Below, one piece after another: positions 21,046 to 32,317 of a DNA stretch of 64,000 nucleotides; positions within the stretch are counted from its first letter, which is position 1; each line of letters opens with the position of its first letter. The notes beneath the pieces are model-generated. The model was given only the letters and a program-made list of their open reading frames with translations, ran no database searches and was not told the DNA's origin. The stretch spans positions 1,440,001 through 1,504,000 of the forward strand of contig CAVQYR010000001.1 in the NCBI GenBank assembly GCA_963718235.1, in the 5' to 3' direction. The position numbers were made by a program, and so were the translations under genes. Source of the stretch: an uncultured Actinomycetota bacterium (GTDB lineage: Bacteria; Actinomycetota; Actinomycetes; JAHEKZ01).

Positions 21046-24000
21046 CTAGGTGACGGTTACGGTCCTGCTCACGCTGGCAGCACGGCCCCAGTTGTCGGTG
21101 ACTGTCACGGTGATCGTGAACGTCCCCGGCGCCGCGTAGAGGTGTGCCGCCGGAGCGGCGCCAGTGCTCGGCGTCGTGGCGTCTCCCCAGTCCCACGAGT
21201 ACGACCTGATCCCGTCCGGGTCCGTGGTGCCGACGCTGCTGACCGCGCAGGACCGGCCAGTGCAGATCGGTTGGGGGAAAGTGATGGTCGGCGCAGTGTT
21301 TCCAACCGGCTCGGCTGGGGTCGTCGCAGTGCGGGTGGCCGGAACGCCCGCCCTTCCCCACGCATCGCTCACCGTGAGTGTGACGGTGTAGGTGCCTGGT
21401 ACGGCGTAGACGTGGCTCGGGACTGGCCGTCGTGCTGTCCGGCGTACCGTCGCCCCAGTTCCACAGGTACCGCAGGGGAGTGTTGCCCTCCGGGTCCGTG
21501 ATCGCGGCGCTGTTCGTCACGCACGTCGTGTTGGTGGTGCACGTGACGGTGAACGTGGCGTTGGGGCCTAGGTTGCCGGCCGGCTCGGTCATGGTCACCA
21601 CCCGGGTGACCGGTGCACCGGACCTGTTCCACGAGTCGGTGGCCGTCAAGGTGATGGTGTAGGTGCCGGGCGTCGCGTAGGTGTGTGAGGGCGAGGCGCC
21701 GGTGCCCAGCGCCGTGCCGTCACCCCAGTTCCACGAGTAGCCCTTGATCGTGTGCCCCTCCGGGTCGACCGTCCCGGTGCTGTTCATCGCACACACCAGC
21801 ACAGTGCACGTGGCGGTGAAGGTGGCGACGGGTCCGGTGTTGCCGGCCGGCTCGGTCATGGTCACGTCGTGGGTGACCGTGCTGGTCTTGCCCCAGACAT
21901 CGGTGACCGTCAGGACGACCGTGTACGTGCCAGGTGCGGTGTAGATGCGCGACGGGTTCGCCGCCGTGCTGGTGGTGCCGCCGTCACCGAAGTTCCACAG
22001 GTACCTAATCGCGTCACCGTCGGGATCGATAGTCCCGGCGCTGTTCATCTGGCAGGTCGTGTACGTCGGGCAGCTCGCGGTGAACATTGCACTTGGCGCC
22101 TGGTTGCCCGGCGGCTCGGTCAGCGTCACGCTGCGGGTGGTCGACGCCGCCTTGCCCCACCCGTCCGTGGTCGTGAGTGTGATCGTGTAGGAGCCGGCAG
22201 CTGCGTAGACGTGGGCCGCGGGCGAGGCGCCGGTGCTCAGCGCCGTGCCGTCACCCCAGTTCCACGAGTACGCGATGGTGTCCCCGATGTTGGGGTCCGC
22301 CGTGCCCGCACTGCTCACCGAGCAGGTGAGGCCCTGGCAGCTCTGGATGAACGTCGGGACCGGGGCGCTGTTGCCCGGGGGCTCGACGATCGTCACGCTC
22401 TGGGCCGCCGAGGTGTTGGTCAACGTCCACTCGTCCCTGACCGTCAGGGTCACCGGGAAGGTGCCCGGCGCCGTGAAGGTCTTGGTGGGCAGCGGACCGG
22501 TCGCCGTCCCCTGGGTGCCGAAGCTCCATGAGTAGGTCAGCGAGTTGGCGTTCTCGTCCGTCGAACCCCGTCCGTCGAAGGTGCACACGTTCTGGGTGCA
22601 GGTGTAGGTGAAGATGGCCACGGGTGGGTTGTTCGACGGCTGGGTCACCGTCACCCCGGTGGCAGCGCGCGGCTGGTCACCAGCGGTGAGGGGGTCACTG
22701 TCGCTGAGCTGGCCGACGACGTCGACCGACTGCACGAGAACGGTGTACGTGCCCGCCGGGATGACCGGCGTCGTGAAGGAGTAGTTCGACCCTGCGCTTC
22801 CAGGACTGTTGAGGAAAGCCGTGCGGAAGCTGGGGGTCGTGCTGGTGAAAGTGCCGGTCGAGCTCATGTACTGACCGGCGGAGTTCACGACCCCGATCCG
22901 TACCGACGCGATGCTCGCATTTGCGTCGGGAGCGTCCTCCGCGCGTCCGGTGACCACGATCTTTCCATCAGCGAACGAAGCGCCGTTCTGCGGCTGCCCG
23001 AGCGTGTCGCTGAGTGTCGGGGGACCGTCGTTCGGGTAGACCGCATAGGTCGCGGTCGCCGCGCTTGGGTCCTGCTGGACCCGGTCGAACGCCAGCGCGC
23101 GGAACTGCCAGTTGCCGCCCGTCGGGAGGGTGATGGTCGGCAGTGACCACGCCGTGCTGGTCGCATTGGGCGAGCTCAGGGTGGCGTCGCGGTACGCGAG
23201 CGAGGCCGCCATGGTGCCGTTGGCCTGCAGGTAGCGGCCGGTGCCGCGGTCCTGCAGGCTGACCCGCACCCGCTCGACGCCGATGTCGTCGGTGGCGATC
23301 CCAGACAGGTTGACCGTCAAGGATTCGTCGGTCGGAGCGACGAAGGCCATCGTGGCGTCCGGAGGCAGGTCGCCGGCGTACTGGGCGTTGATGGTGAGCT
23401 GGCCCCGGTTGGTCGACGAGGTCGTCAGATCCTCGTCGTCGGTTGCCCGCACCGTGAAGCTGTAGGTGCCCGGCGACAGGTTGAACGGCGGGGTCCAGCT
23501 CCAGTTGTAGTTGGCCCCGGCGATGTCCACGGGTGAGACCCGACAGGCGCCGGCGCTCACCTGAGGGCCCCAGGTGCAGTCGTTGCCGAGGTTCTCACCG
23601 GTGGAGCTGTTGCGCAGGGTGACTTCGACGTTCTTCAACCCCTGGTCATCGGACGCGGTGCCGGAGAAGGTGATCTGTCCACCTGGCTCCACGGTGAGCG
23701 CCGGGACCGTGAACGGCGGCGTCATCGCCACCGGCTGGCTGATGGCGACGGTCGGCGCCACAGCGGTGGAGTCGACGGTCCAGTCCCGGGTCGCGCTTCG
23801 CAGGTCGGCCTGGCCGATGGTGTCGGTGGCCGTGGCACTGCCGCGCCAGACGCCCTCATGCGGCAGCGTGACCTCATAGGACCAGGTCGCGTTGGTGGCC
23901 CCGATGACGTCCGGAACACCACGGAAGGTGTTGAAGATGGGGCTCACGGTGCCGTCGTTCTGCAGGTAGCGCTGCTGCTCGTCACGGAACCAGTAGCTCA

Positions 24001-26784
24001 GCGAGTTGACGCCCTTGTCGTCGTTCGCGGTCCCGGTCATGGTGAATGTGGTTGACGTCTGGACGCCGCTCGGTCCGCTGATCGACGTCGTGGGGGTCTG
24101 GTCCTCGGTGCTGAAGGACTCGAACCTCTTGGTCGCTGGGGTCGAGTCGCTCGTGCCGCCGGTGGCCGCGGTGAACGCCTGGGCCTGGACCTGGAGGTTG
24201 CGGTTGGTCGTGATGGTGGCTGGGATCGACCAGGTCCGGGTCGTTCCCGTGCCGGAGAGCGTCGCGTTGAGCGTGTTGGCGGTGGTACCAAAGGTGGTGA
24301 AGGCGGTGCCGTTGTCCTGAAGGTACTGGCCGCTGTCGCGGTCACGCACCTGCACCTGCACCCGTCCGACCGTGCCGCTGGCAACCCTGGCCGTCCCGGT
24401 GACGTCGAACGGCACGTTGTTCTGGACGACGCGGCCCTCGATGGGCGTTGTGATCGTGGTGTCCGGCAACGCTGCCGGGAACGTGACGGTGTTGAAGTCG
24501 AAGAACGCGACGCGCCCGGTGCGCACTCCACCCTTCCACTGCCCGTCGCCGCCGACGAACAGGCCGCGGGGCGTGGCCTCCATCGCCTTGTCGCCCTCGA
24601 AGGAGTTGGACCCGTCCAGGGGGTACCACTCCAGGGCCTTGCCGTTGGCGGGGTCGATGGCCGCGATGTGGTCGCGACGGACCACCTGGTCGCCGAGGCC
24701 GTAGCCCGCGAGGCCCTGACCGGTGCCGTAGCCGACGTTGTCCAGTCCGGGCCACGGGTCGTCGGAAGTCTGCGACTCGATGAAGCCGAAGTGGCCACCG
24801 ACATACACCGCGACCTCGGTGATGGCAATCGAGTAGATGCTGTCGAAGTGTCGGGCGATCCACAGCGGCTGGACGTTATCCTCGGTACCCGCAGGCGCGT
24901 TGATCGGATACGCGACCGCTGTGTCGCTGATCGGTGGCGAGTCGCCACCCGAGCCGCTGCTCACGACGAAGTACGAGTCGTCGGGCGCGATGTCACCGGC
25001 GTAGATGCGGGTGACGCCGCCGACGCGGCCCAGATTCTCGTCCCACAGCTGGCTGCGCCAGGGCAGGAGCTGCTTGGTCGCCGTGTCGATGATGCCCATG
25101 CCGTAGCGGTCCTGGCCGTCGATCTGCCGGCCGGTGTGCACCACGAGCAGTTTGCTCTGGTCGTGGGTGAGCTTGAGCTGTGGCACGCCGAGCTGGCCGT
25201 CGACGCCGATGCCGCCGGACAGCTGGTTGTCGAAGGACTGGTCGACAACTCCAGACGCGGTGTTCACCGCGGCGAGACCGGTGCGGAGCCTGCCGTTGAT
25301 CCGCGTGTATCGGCCACCCACGTAGAGCGTGCTGTTGGTGGCGGCCAGCGACGTCGCCTGGTTGTTCGTGCTTTGGGTGAAGCGCGAAGGTGCTGAGGGG
25401 TGCACCGGTGGTGAGGTTGAGGCTGGCGACCTTCTGCTCGGTAACGCCGTCGACGGTGTTGAAGGGCCGCCGACGAAGAGCTTGGTGCCGTCGGGATTGG
25501 CCTCGACCGCGTTCAGCGCCGCCGCCGAAGGTCGGGCGGAACTCGTGTCGATCAGACCGGTCTGGTAGTTGTAGCTGAGCAGGTCGGGCTGGTTCATCAT
25601 CGTGGTGGCGCGATGGTGTTCGGCGCTGAGGTGAAGTTGCCGGCGATGAAGACCCGGGCTGCGTTTCCGGTCCCCACGACCTCCATGTCCCAGATCTCAC
25701 CGGTGCTGATCCGCGGCGTGTTGGTCCTCGGCTTGTCGGGGACGAGGCGGGTGTGCCCGGGCGCGGTCGGTGGGGGCGCGGTAGGGTTGACGGTGCGGGT
25801 CGTCGCCGTCGATGCGAGTCCTTGGTTGTCGGTGACCACCAGGGAGATCGTCTTCGACCCGGCTGGTCGCGTAGGTGTGCGTCGCTGTCACACCGGTGCC
25901 GGTGGAGCCGTCCCCGAAGTCCCATGCGTAGGAGGCGACCGTGCCGGGTGGCGTGTCGGTGGAAGCCGATGCGTCGACCGTGCAGGTCGGCTGTGGGCAG
26001 CTGACCGTGAATGACGCCGTCGGGCGCAACGTTCGGGTCCGAGCGTCTGGTCGGGCTTGAGCACGACGGTCCACATCGTCGCTTTGCCCGATAGGCACCG
26101 GCGGTGGCGGTGCGCGCAGGCGACGCGCCGGTTGCCGCCGGCTGGTTCAGGTCGGAGGCAACGGAGGTGATGCGGCCAGGACCAGTGCCGAGGGACGATG
26201 CTGCGCTGGGTCTGACCGGCCGGGAGGGTCCAGCCGGTGGTGGCGGAGGACTTGTCCGCCCAGTAGGAGACGACATAGGAACCTGCGGTCCCCACAGTTG
26301 GCGACGGGTGTCGTGTGCGTGGCCCGGTTGGTCGTCTCGGCGGCCGAGGTGAAGGCGGAGACGGCTGGGTCGGTGGCGGTGCCGTCGTAGGCGAGCAGGG
26401 TCAGGCTGGCCTTGGTGGTCGCGGTGAAGTCGACCGCCTGGCTCCTGCCGGCGTCGGCTGGCGGTCGCGACTTTGGTGTAGAGGATGGTCTCCGTGTCCG
26501 TGCTGGAGAGCCGCGTGCCGACGAGAGTCCAGCCGGCGGGCGTCGCCGGTGACCGACGCCAGGGCCTTGTTGCTCGTGACGAAGAGCAGCAGGCCGTCGG
26601 TCTCCCGGACGGCACGCAGGGATGGTCACCCGGTGCGGTGATTTGGTTCGACCGCCGCCTGGGCCGCCGCGCGGAACGTGATGGTGTCGGCGGCGCCCGC
26701 CGGCGCCACGGTGGCCCCGACCACCCCCATCGACACGGCCAGGCTGGCCACGACCAGACCGACGAACTGCTTGCGTCCCCGCAT
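21046..26784 (-). CDS. Giant secreted protein, paralog 2: signal, N-terminal beta domain, PKD, beta-propeller-like region, Ig-like repeats, 6 PKD domains; many frameshifts
   Basis: MRGRKQF signal at 26784; long shared blocks with paralog 1 ([28 protein letters not shown]); ends RTVTVT at 21046. Confidence 0.85.
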
Positions 26785-27027
26785 AATGATTCCCCCACCT
26801 TCGACTGCGCGCAGTATCAAGCGACGGTGTGAGCCACCGCAAGCCGATCGGCCGGATCCTGCCCGTTCCGACCGTTTGTCAAGCCGAACGGGGCACGCGG
26901 TCACGCTGAGTGTGACTCCGGTCACTGTGGGGAGTGTCCCCGTCGCTTGGTCCCTGAGCGCATGGGGCTGCTTAAGGACTGGGCCGACAGACGCGCCGCG
27001 TCGGGGCCGGGAAGAGGCTCAGTCGAC

Positions 27028-28452
27028 TCAGATGTCGTAATAGAGCTCGAACTCATGCGGCGTGGGTCGCAGCTGCACGGGCTTGACCTCGTTCTCCCGC
27101 TTCCAGTCGATCCAGGTCTCGATCAGGTCCTCGGTGAACACGCCACCCTCGGTGAGGTAGTCGTGGTCGGCCTCGAGGGCGTCGAGCACCTGCGGCAGTG
27201 TGCCCGGAACCTGGGGGATGTCGTGACGCTCCTCCGGCGGCAGCTCGTAGAGGTCCTTGTCGACCGGCTCTGGCGGCTCGATCTTGTTCTTCACGCCGTC
27301 GAGACCGGCCATCAGCATGGCCGAGAACGCGAGGTAAGGGTTTGCCGACGGGTCGGGAACGCGGAACTCGATCCGCTTGGCCTTGGGGTTCGAGCCGGTG
27401 ATCGGGATCCGGATGCACGCCGAGCGGTTGCGCTGCGAGTACACCAGGTTGACCGGCGCCTCGTATCCCGGCACCAGGCGGCGGTAGGAGTTCACCGTCG
27501 GGTTGGTCCAGGCGAGCAACGACGGCGCATGCGTGAGCAGGCCACCGATGTACCAGCGAGCCATGTCCGAGAGCCCGCCGTAACCGAGCTCGTCGTAGAA
27601 CAGCGGCACTCCGTCTTTCCACAACGACTGGTGGACGTGCATGCCGGAACCGTTGTCACCGAAGATGGGCTTGGGCATGAACGTCGCGGAGTGACCGTTG
27701 CGCCAGGCCACGTTCTTGATGACGTACTTGAACAGGTTCACCTGGTCGCCGGCGTGCAGCAGCGTGGAGAACTTGTAGTTGATCTCCGCCTGGCCGCCGG
27801 TGCCCACCTCGTGGTGCGCACGCTCTACCTCGAGACCGACCTGCTGCAGGGCCAGGGTCATCTCGTCGCGCAGGTCGGCGAAGTGGTCGACCGGCGGGAC
27901 GGGGAAGTACCCACCCTTGTACGCGGTCTTGTAGCCGAGGTTGCCGCCCTCTTCCTCGCGCCCGGAGTTCCACTTGCCCTCGACCGAGTCGAGGAAGTAG
28001 TAGCCGGCGTTGGACTTGGTCTCGAACCGGACGTCGTCGAAGACGTAGAACTCGGCCTCTGGGCCGAAGTACGCGGTGTCGGCGATCCCCGTGCCCTTGA
28101 GGTACGCCTCGGCCTTGGCAGCGATGTTGCGCGGGTCGCGGCTGTACGGCTCGTCGGTGAACGGGTCGCGGATCGAGAAGTTCATGACCAGGGTCTTCTC
28201 GTCGCGGAAGGGGTCGACGTAGGCAGTGGTGGGGTCGGGGATCAGCTTCATGTCCGACTCGTGGATCGCCTGGAAGCCGCGGATGCTGGAACCGTCGAAC
28301 ATCAACCCGTCGTTGAAAGCGTCCTGCCCGAACGCGGTCGCCGGCATGTTGAAGTGCTGCATCACACCCGGCAGGTCACTGAACCGGACGTCGATGAAGA
28401 CGACCGCTTCATCGCGGATGAACTTGAGGATGTCGGCGGCGCTGGAGAACAT
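27028..28452 (-). CDS. glnA: Glutamine synthetase type I (GSI-beta)
   Basis: 474 aa; [28 protein letters not shown] and adenylylation site DLYEL. Confidence 0.98.
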   Translation of the reverse strand: MFSSAADILKFIRDEAVVFIDVRFSDLPGVMQHFNMPATAFGQDAFNDGLMFDGSSIRGFQAIHESDMKLIPDPTTAYVDPFRDEKTLVMNFSIRDPFTDEPYSRDPRNIAAKAEAYLKGTGIADTAYFGPEAEFYVFDDVRFETKSNAGYYFLDSVEGKWNSGREEEGGNLGYKTAYKGGYFPVPPVDHFADLRDEMTLALQQVGLEVERAHHEVGTGGQAEINYKFSTLLHAGDQVNLFKYVIKNVAWRNGHSATFMPKPIFGDNGSGMHVHQSLWKDGVPLFYDELGYGGLSDMARWYIGGLLTHAPSLLAWTNPTVNSYRRLVPGYEAPVNLVYSQRNRSACIRIPITGSNPKAKRIEFRVPDPSANPYLAFSAMLMAGLDGVKNKIEPPEPVDKDLYELPPEERHDIPQVPGTLPQVLDALEADHDYLTEGGVFTEDLIETWIDWKRENEVKPVQLRPTPHEFELYYDI

Positions 28453-28508
28453 CTGGGCGGCTCCCGTTCGGATCGGCTGATCGACCTGCCGGACGCTACG
28501 GACGGTCG

Positions 28509-28546
28509 GTTTCTCGTCGGTGTCCCTCATGTTTCGTCCACGTTAC
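28509..28546 (-). promoter_or_regulatory. Tandem GlnR box upstream of glnA
   Basis: Minus strand GTAAC-n6-GAAAC-n6-GACAC-n6-GAAAC matches the actinobacterial GlnR gTnAc-n6-GaAAc repeat. Confidence 0.85.
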
Positions 28547-28562
28547 GCCGGTTGGGCCGAGG

Positions 28563-28972
28563 TCATCGGCACCCGTTGGCCAGACTCGGCAGATCCACAC
28601 CGCGCAGCTTCGCGTCCCACTTGGCAAAGGCCTTGGGGTTGTCGAAGGTCACCGCGGTGACCCACTGCCGAGCGACCTGGGCGAGGTCGGCAAGGTCAGC
28701 CGCCGAAGGCCCCGTACGGCACTGCGCCACCAGCGCGTCGAGTGCCGCCAGGTAGGCCGGGAGGTCCCCGACCCGCCTGGCTTGGGTCGCCTGCTCGGCC
28801 AGCTCGACCGGTGATCCGGCCGGGGCGGCCGGTGCCGCAGGCGGCCGGTCGCGGCCGGTGTCGCGGTGCGACCGGCTTCCGTGGGGCCGCCGCTGCATCC
28901 GGTCAAGGAGACGGTCAGCATCGCCGTGCCCCACAAGGCCGCGAACGTTGCCCTGGCCCCGGTTCTGGTCAT
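28563..28972 (-). CDS. Putative lipoprotein (one frameshift near 28840)
   Basis: MTRTG...VSLTGC lipobox in one frame; helical C-terminal part in the 28563-28934 frame. Confidence 0.5.
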
Positions 28973-29093
28973 ACGACCATCAAACGCGAGCCCGACCCGC
29001 TCCGCGATTCCTCGGCCGGGTCCGGTCCGCGGTGGAGCGACTCCCGCGGGTTCCGAAGTCGCCGGTCGAGGGCCCTCCGTCTACCGTGGCGGC

Positions 29094-29567
29094 ATGGAAC
29101 GTGACGACCTCGGCTCCTGGCTGTCCGGCCCGCGAGCGGCGGCGGAGTCGGCTGGGGTCGACCTGGGCTACCCGGGGCAGCGCCTCGGCCTGCCCCCACA
29201 CGGTCCGGGGTCGGTGGCCGGGTGGGGACGCCGGTTCGTCGCCCTCTTCGTCGACTGGCTGGTCGCCACCGGGATCACCATGCTCTTCCTGCCCGACGTC
29301 GAGCCCTCGAGCCTCGGGTACAGCTTGACCGTGCTGGGCGTCTTCGCCGTCGAGGTGGGGCTGCTCACGGCCCTGCAGCACGCCAGCTTCGGACAGCGGG
29401 TCATGGGTCTGCGCGTGGTGCCCCTAGCCAGCCCGTCACTTCGCGCCGTCCAGGCGATCCTGCGCACGGTACTGGTCGCCACGGTGCTGCCGGCCCTGCT
29501 CTACGACCGAGACCGGCGCGGTCTGCCCGACTACGCGGCGAAGACGGTCCTGGTCACCACCCGTTGA
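29094..29567 (+). CDS. RDD family membrane protein
   Basis: YPGQRLGLP..GPGS.A..GRR..A..VDW and DRRGL motifs; conserved position divergent from glnA. Confidence 0.9.
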   Translation: MERDDLGSWLSGPRAAAESAGVDLGYPGQRLGLPPHGPGSVAGWGRRFVALFVDWLVATGITMLFLPDVEPSSLGYSLTVLGVFAVEVGLLTALQHASFGQRVMGLRVVPLASPSLRAVQAILRTVLVATVLPALLYDRDRRGLPDYAAKTVLVTTR

Positions 29568-29590
29568 GCGCGCCGGACTAGGGTCCTCGG

Positions 29591-30427
29591 ATGGCCGGGT
29601 GGTACCAGGAGGCGCTCGTCGCAACGGGGCGCTCGGCTGCACTCTGGCTGCTGATCGGCTTCCTGGTCACCTTCGGCGCCACGCGGTGGATCACCCTGCG
29701 GATCCGGGCGCGCGAGGCCTGCGACGAGGGCGAGGCTGACGCCAGGGGTGCCATCAAGGACGTGTACATCGGCGGGGTGCACATCCACCACCAGGTCTGG
29801 GGGATCCTGCTCGTGCTGGTCGTCGGGCTGCTGGAGTTCCGCTTTCGCCCCGACTCACCGTGGCAGGAGGTCCTGGCCGCCTTGTTCGGCGTGGGCGCGG
29901 CGCTGGCCCTGGACGAGTTCGCCCTGTGGCTGCAGTGGAGGACGTCTACTGGAGCCGAGGAGGGCCGCAAGTCGATCGACGCCGTCATGGTGGCGCTCGT
30001 CGTCGGGGTCGCGCTGCTGCTAGGCACCTCGCCGATCGGCCTGGATGCCGGCACCGTGGAGACCAACGGTCTGCTGTTCGCCTCGGCCGCGGTGGTGCTG
30101 CACATCTCCTACACGATCGTCTGTCTGCTCAAGGGCAAGCTCGTGACCGGGCTGGTCGGCCTGCCGATCCCGCTGTTGGGGCTGGTGGGGGCCATCCGCC
30201 TCGCCAAGCCGTCGTCGTTCCGGGCCCGACGCTTCTACTCCGAGGCCAAGATGGCGAAGGCGCAGGATCGCGAGCGGCTCGGCACACGCTCCAAGGCGCC
30301 CGGGAGCACGGCGCGACTGCTGTGCTGGAGTCTGCTGAGCGCGGTCAGTGCTTCTTGGTCGACGGGATCACCGACGACTCGTTGCCCGACCCCGACTTCA
30401 GCCGCTTGTCGGCCCGCTTCTCCTTGA
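29591..30427 (+). CDS. Conserved actinobacterial integral membrane protein (true 3' end uncertain, local indels)
   Basis: GGVHIHHQVWG, GAALALDEFAL and EGRKSIDAV motifs; the expected EDVYW lies in another frame between compensating indels. Confidence 0.75.
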   Translation: MAGWYQEALVATGRSAALWLLIGFLVTFGATRWITLRIRAREACDEGEADARGAIKDVYIGGVHIHHQVWGILLVLVVGLLEFRFRPDSPWQEVLAALFGVGAALALDEFALWLQWRTSTGAEEGRKSIDAVMVALVVGVALLLGTSPIGLDAGTVETNGLLFASAAVVLHISYTIVCLLKGKLVTGLVGLPIPLLGLVGAIRLAKPSSFRARRFYSEAKMAKAQDRERLGTRSKAPGSTARLLCWSLLSAVSASWSTGSPTTRCPTPTSAACRPASP

Positions 30428-30479
30428 TCGACTTGCCCGACTTCTTCGACATCGACTGGCGTGGCGACTTGTCGCCCAT
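30345..30479 (-). CDS. 44-aa Lys/Ser-rich small protein (below ORF track cutoff)
   Basis: GAGGGAG RBS then MGDKSPRQSMSKKSGKSIKEKRADKRLKSGSGNESSVIPSTKKH-stop; almost all codons end in G/C. Confidence 0.75.
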   Translation of the reverse strand: MGDKSPRQSMSKKSGKSIKEKRADKRLKSGSGNESSVIPSTKKH

Positions 30480-30585
30480 GGTGGCTCCCTCATCCGGGAG
30501 TCTGGACGGCTCCGTCAGTGCGACAGTACGCCCTACCCGTCGAGAAGCGGGTCATTCCGATGGCCGCGGCTCCACGTTCGACGGG

Positions 30586-31251
30586 TCAGCTTGGGGTTAG
30601 GTCGGTCGGTGTCGGGTGCAACAGCAGGCGCTGCCACGCGTCGGCCAGCCAGTCGGCGTAGTGCCGGGGGGTCGACCCGCGCTGCTGCACCAACAGCAGG
30701 TACAGCTCGGCTGAGTTGGTGGCCCAGATGACGTCGGCAGCCTCCTCGGCCGGGACGGCGAGGTCTCCGGTCTCGGCGAGCTCTGCCGCCAGCCGGCGCA
30801 TGTTGGCCGCCCGACGCTCGGTGATCTCGTGCCACAGGTCGGCGAGCTGCGGTTCGGCCGACGATGCGGCCTGGAGCACGGTCACCAGCGGCGCAAGCCG
30901 CGCATGGAGCGTCGGCAGGACGTGCGCATAGATGGTGAGCTTGCCGTTGGCGGTGGGCTCGGCGTGGATGCGCCGCACGTACTCGCGCTCCTCCGCCGGT
31001 ACCGCGTCGTCCTGACCTGAGATCGCGGTCTCGATGAGCAGCCGGAACAGCGCGGGCTTGCGGCCGACCAGCTCGTACACCGTGTCGACCGCGACGTCGG
31101 CCCGGTCGGCCACGGCGGCCATCGTCGTGCCGAGGTACCCGTGCTCCACGAACATCGCCCGTGCGGTCTCGAGGACCCTCGCCCGACGTTGCTCGGACGC
31201 GGAGCGTCTTCGGCTGTTGTCGTACCCGCGAGGCTTGACGAGGTCGGTCAT
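30586..31251 (-). CDS. TetR/AcrR family transcriptional regulator
   Basis: F.EHGY.GTTMAAVADRADVAVDTVY...G.K HTH. Confidence 0.92.
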   Translation of the reverse strand: MTDLVKPRGYDNSRRRSASEQRRARVLETARAMFVEHGYLGTTMAAVADRADVAVDTVYELVGRKPALFRLLIETAISGQDDAVPAEEREYVRRIHAEPTANGKLTIYAHVLPTLHARLAPLVTVLQAASSAEPQLADLWHEITERRAANMRRLAAELAETGDLAVPAEEAADVIWATNSAELYLLLVQQRGSTPRHYADWLADAWQRLLLHPTPTDLTPS

Positions 31252-31269
31252 GACTCCTATCTTATTTCT

Positions 31270-31288
31270 ATCCGAAGTACTTCCGGAT
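31270..31288. promoter_or_regulatory. Candidate TetR operator palindrome
   Basis: ATCCGAAGTACTTCCGGAT (core GAAGTACTTC perfect) in the AT-rich 55-nt divergent intergenic gap. Confidence 0.5.
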
Positions 31289-31306
31289 CAATTCTGGAGG
31301 ACCAAG

Positions 31307-31613
31307 ATGTATGCCTTCGAACAAGACGTGCCGATCGACGCAGCGGTGTACGCACGGATCACCGACGGCCTGGGGGCCACGCCTCCCGACGGGCTCCTGG
31401 CCCACATCGCCCTCGAGCGCGCGGACGGGCACTTGTACTACCTGGACGTGTGGCAGAGCCGGGAGGACGACCGGACACCGAGAGCGACTGCACGCCGTGG
31501 TCGGGCCGGTGCTGGCGGGGGCCGGAGTCCGCGTTGACGAGGATCCAGCCCGGCGCACGGTCACGGTCGTCGACCTGTGGGGCGAGGCGTTTCCGCGTCG
31601 GGCCACCGTCTGA
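31307..31613 (+). CDS. Small hypothetical protein (possible dimeric alpha-beta barrel/ABM-like), one frameshift near 31475
   Basis: GGAGG RBS; PPDGLLAH and YLDVWQS motifs; continues in another frame as RLHAVVGPVL. Confidence 0.55.
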
Positions 31614-31621
31614 AGGGGTGC

Positions 31622-32299
31622 TCAGCGGGGCATCTTCGGCATGCGTGAGCCCTTGGGCAGCGGACCCTTGGGGATCGGGAGCATCCCCTGGGTGCTCTCC
31701 AGTGACTTCAGCCGCTTGTTGACCTCACGGACCTGGGCCTGGGTCAGCGCCCTCGGAAGCTTCTGCACCGCCCGGACCAGCTTCGGCAAGGGGGTGAGCC
31801 CCTCTCCCTCGCCGACGATGAACTCGTGGACGGGGGCTTCCGGTGCCACCCGGCTCACCCGCTTCTTCTCCTGGATCATGAGGTGCTTCACCCGGTTGGG
31901 CTGCCCCTCGCCGATGAGCACGACGCCCGGTCGGCCGGTGGCCCGGCTGATGTAGGACTGGTAGCGGTCGACGGCGACGGCCGGTGTGGTCGTCCAGCCG
32001 CGGCGCAGCATGCCCAGGGCGGCGGCTGCGGCCCCCGGCTGGCCGGCGATCAGCGTGTACTGGGCTCGCTCGGCCCGACGTCCGAAGACGATGGTGGCCA
32101 GGAGGAGCCCGGAGACCAGTCCGAGGAGCCCGAACATGATCGGGCTGTCGAGGACGAACCCGAGGGCGAGCAGCAGCACGAACGGCAGCAGGAACGCGCC
32201 CGCCAACCAGAGGGCGATCTTCGGGTCGGCCTTCTTGGTGACCTTGTAGACCTGAAGGATCTGGGCGATACGACCGGGCTTTCCGTCCTTGCGTGACAT
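31622..32299 (-). CDS. DUF4191 family membrane protein
   Basis: GQPGAA, GRPGVVLIGEG and PIPKGPLP motifs; conserved between lipA and glnA. Confidence 0.92.
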   Translation of the reverse strand: MSRKDGKPGRIAQILQVYKVTKKADPKIALWLAGAFLLPFVLLLALGFVLDSPIMFGLLGLVSGLLLATIVFGRRAERAQYTLIAGQPGAAAAALGMLRRGWTTTPAVAVDRYQSYISRATGRPGVVLIGEGQPNRVKHLMIQEKKRVSRVAPEAPVHEFIVGEGEGLTPLPKLVRAVQKLPRALTQAQVREVNKRLKSLESTQGMLPIPKGPLPKGSRMPKMPR

Positions 32300-32317
32300 G
32301 CGCGCAAGCCTACGGTC

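Noticed and set aside
21046-22650. Repeated DNA motifs (CCCCAGTTCCA..) as a nucleotide repeat array or DGR target
   Set aside because: Explained by PKD WNWGDG codons; no reverse transcriptase or adenine-specific variation seen
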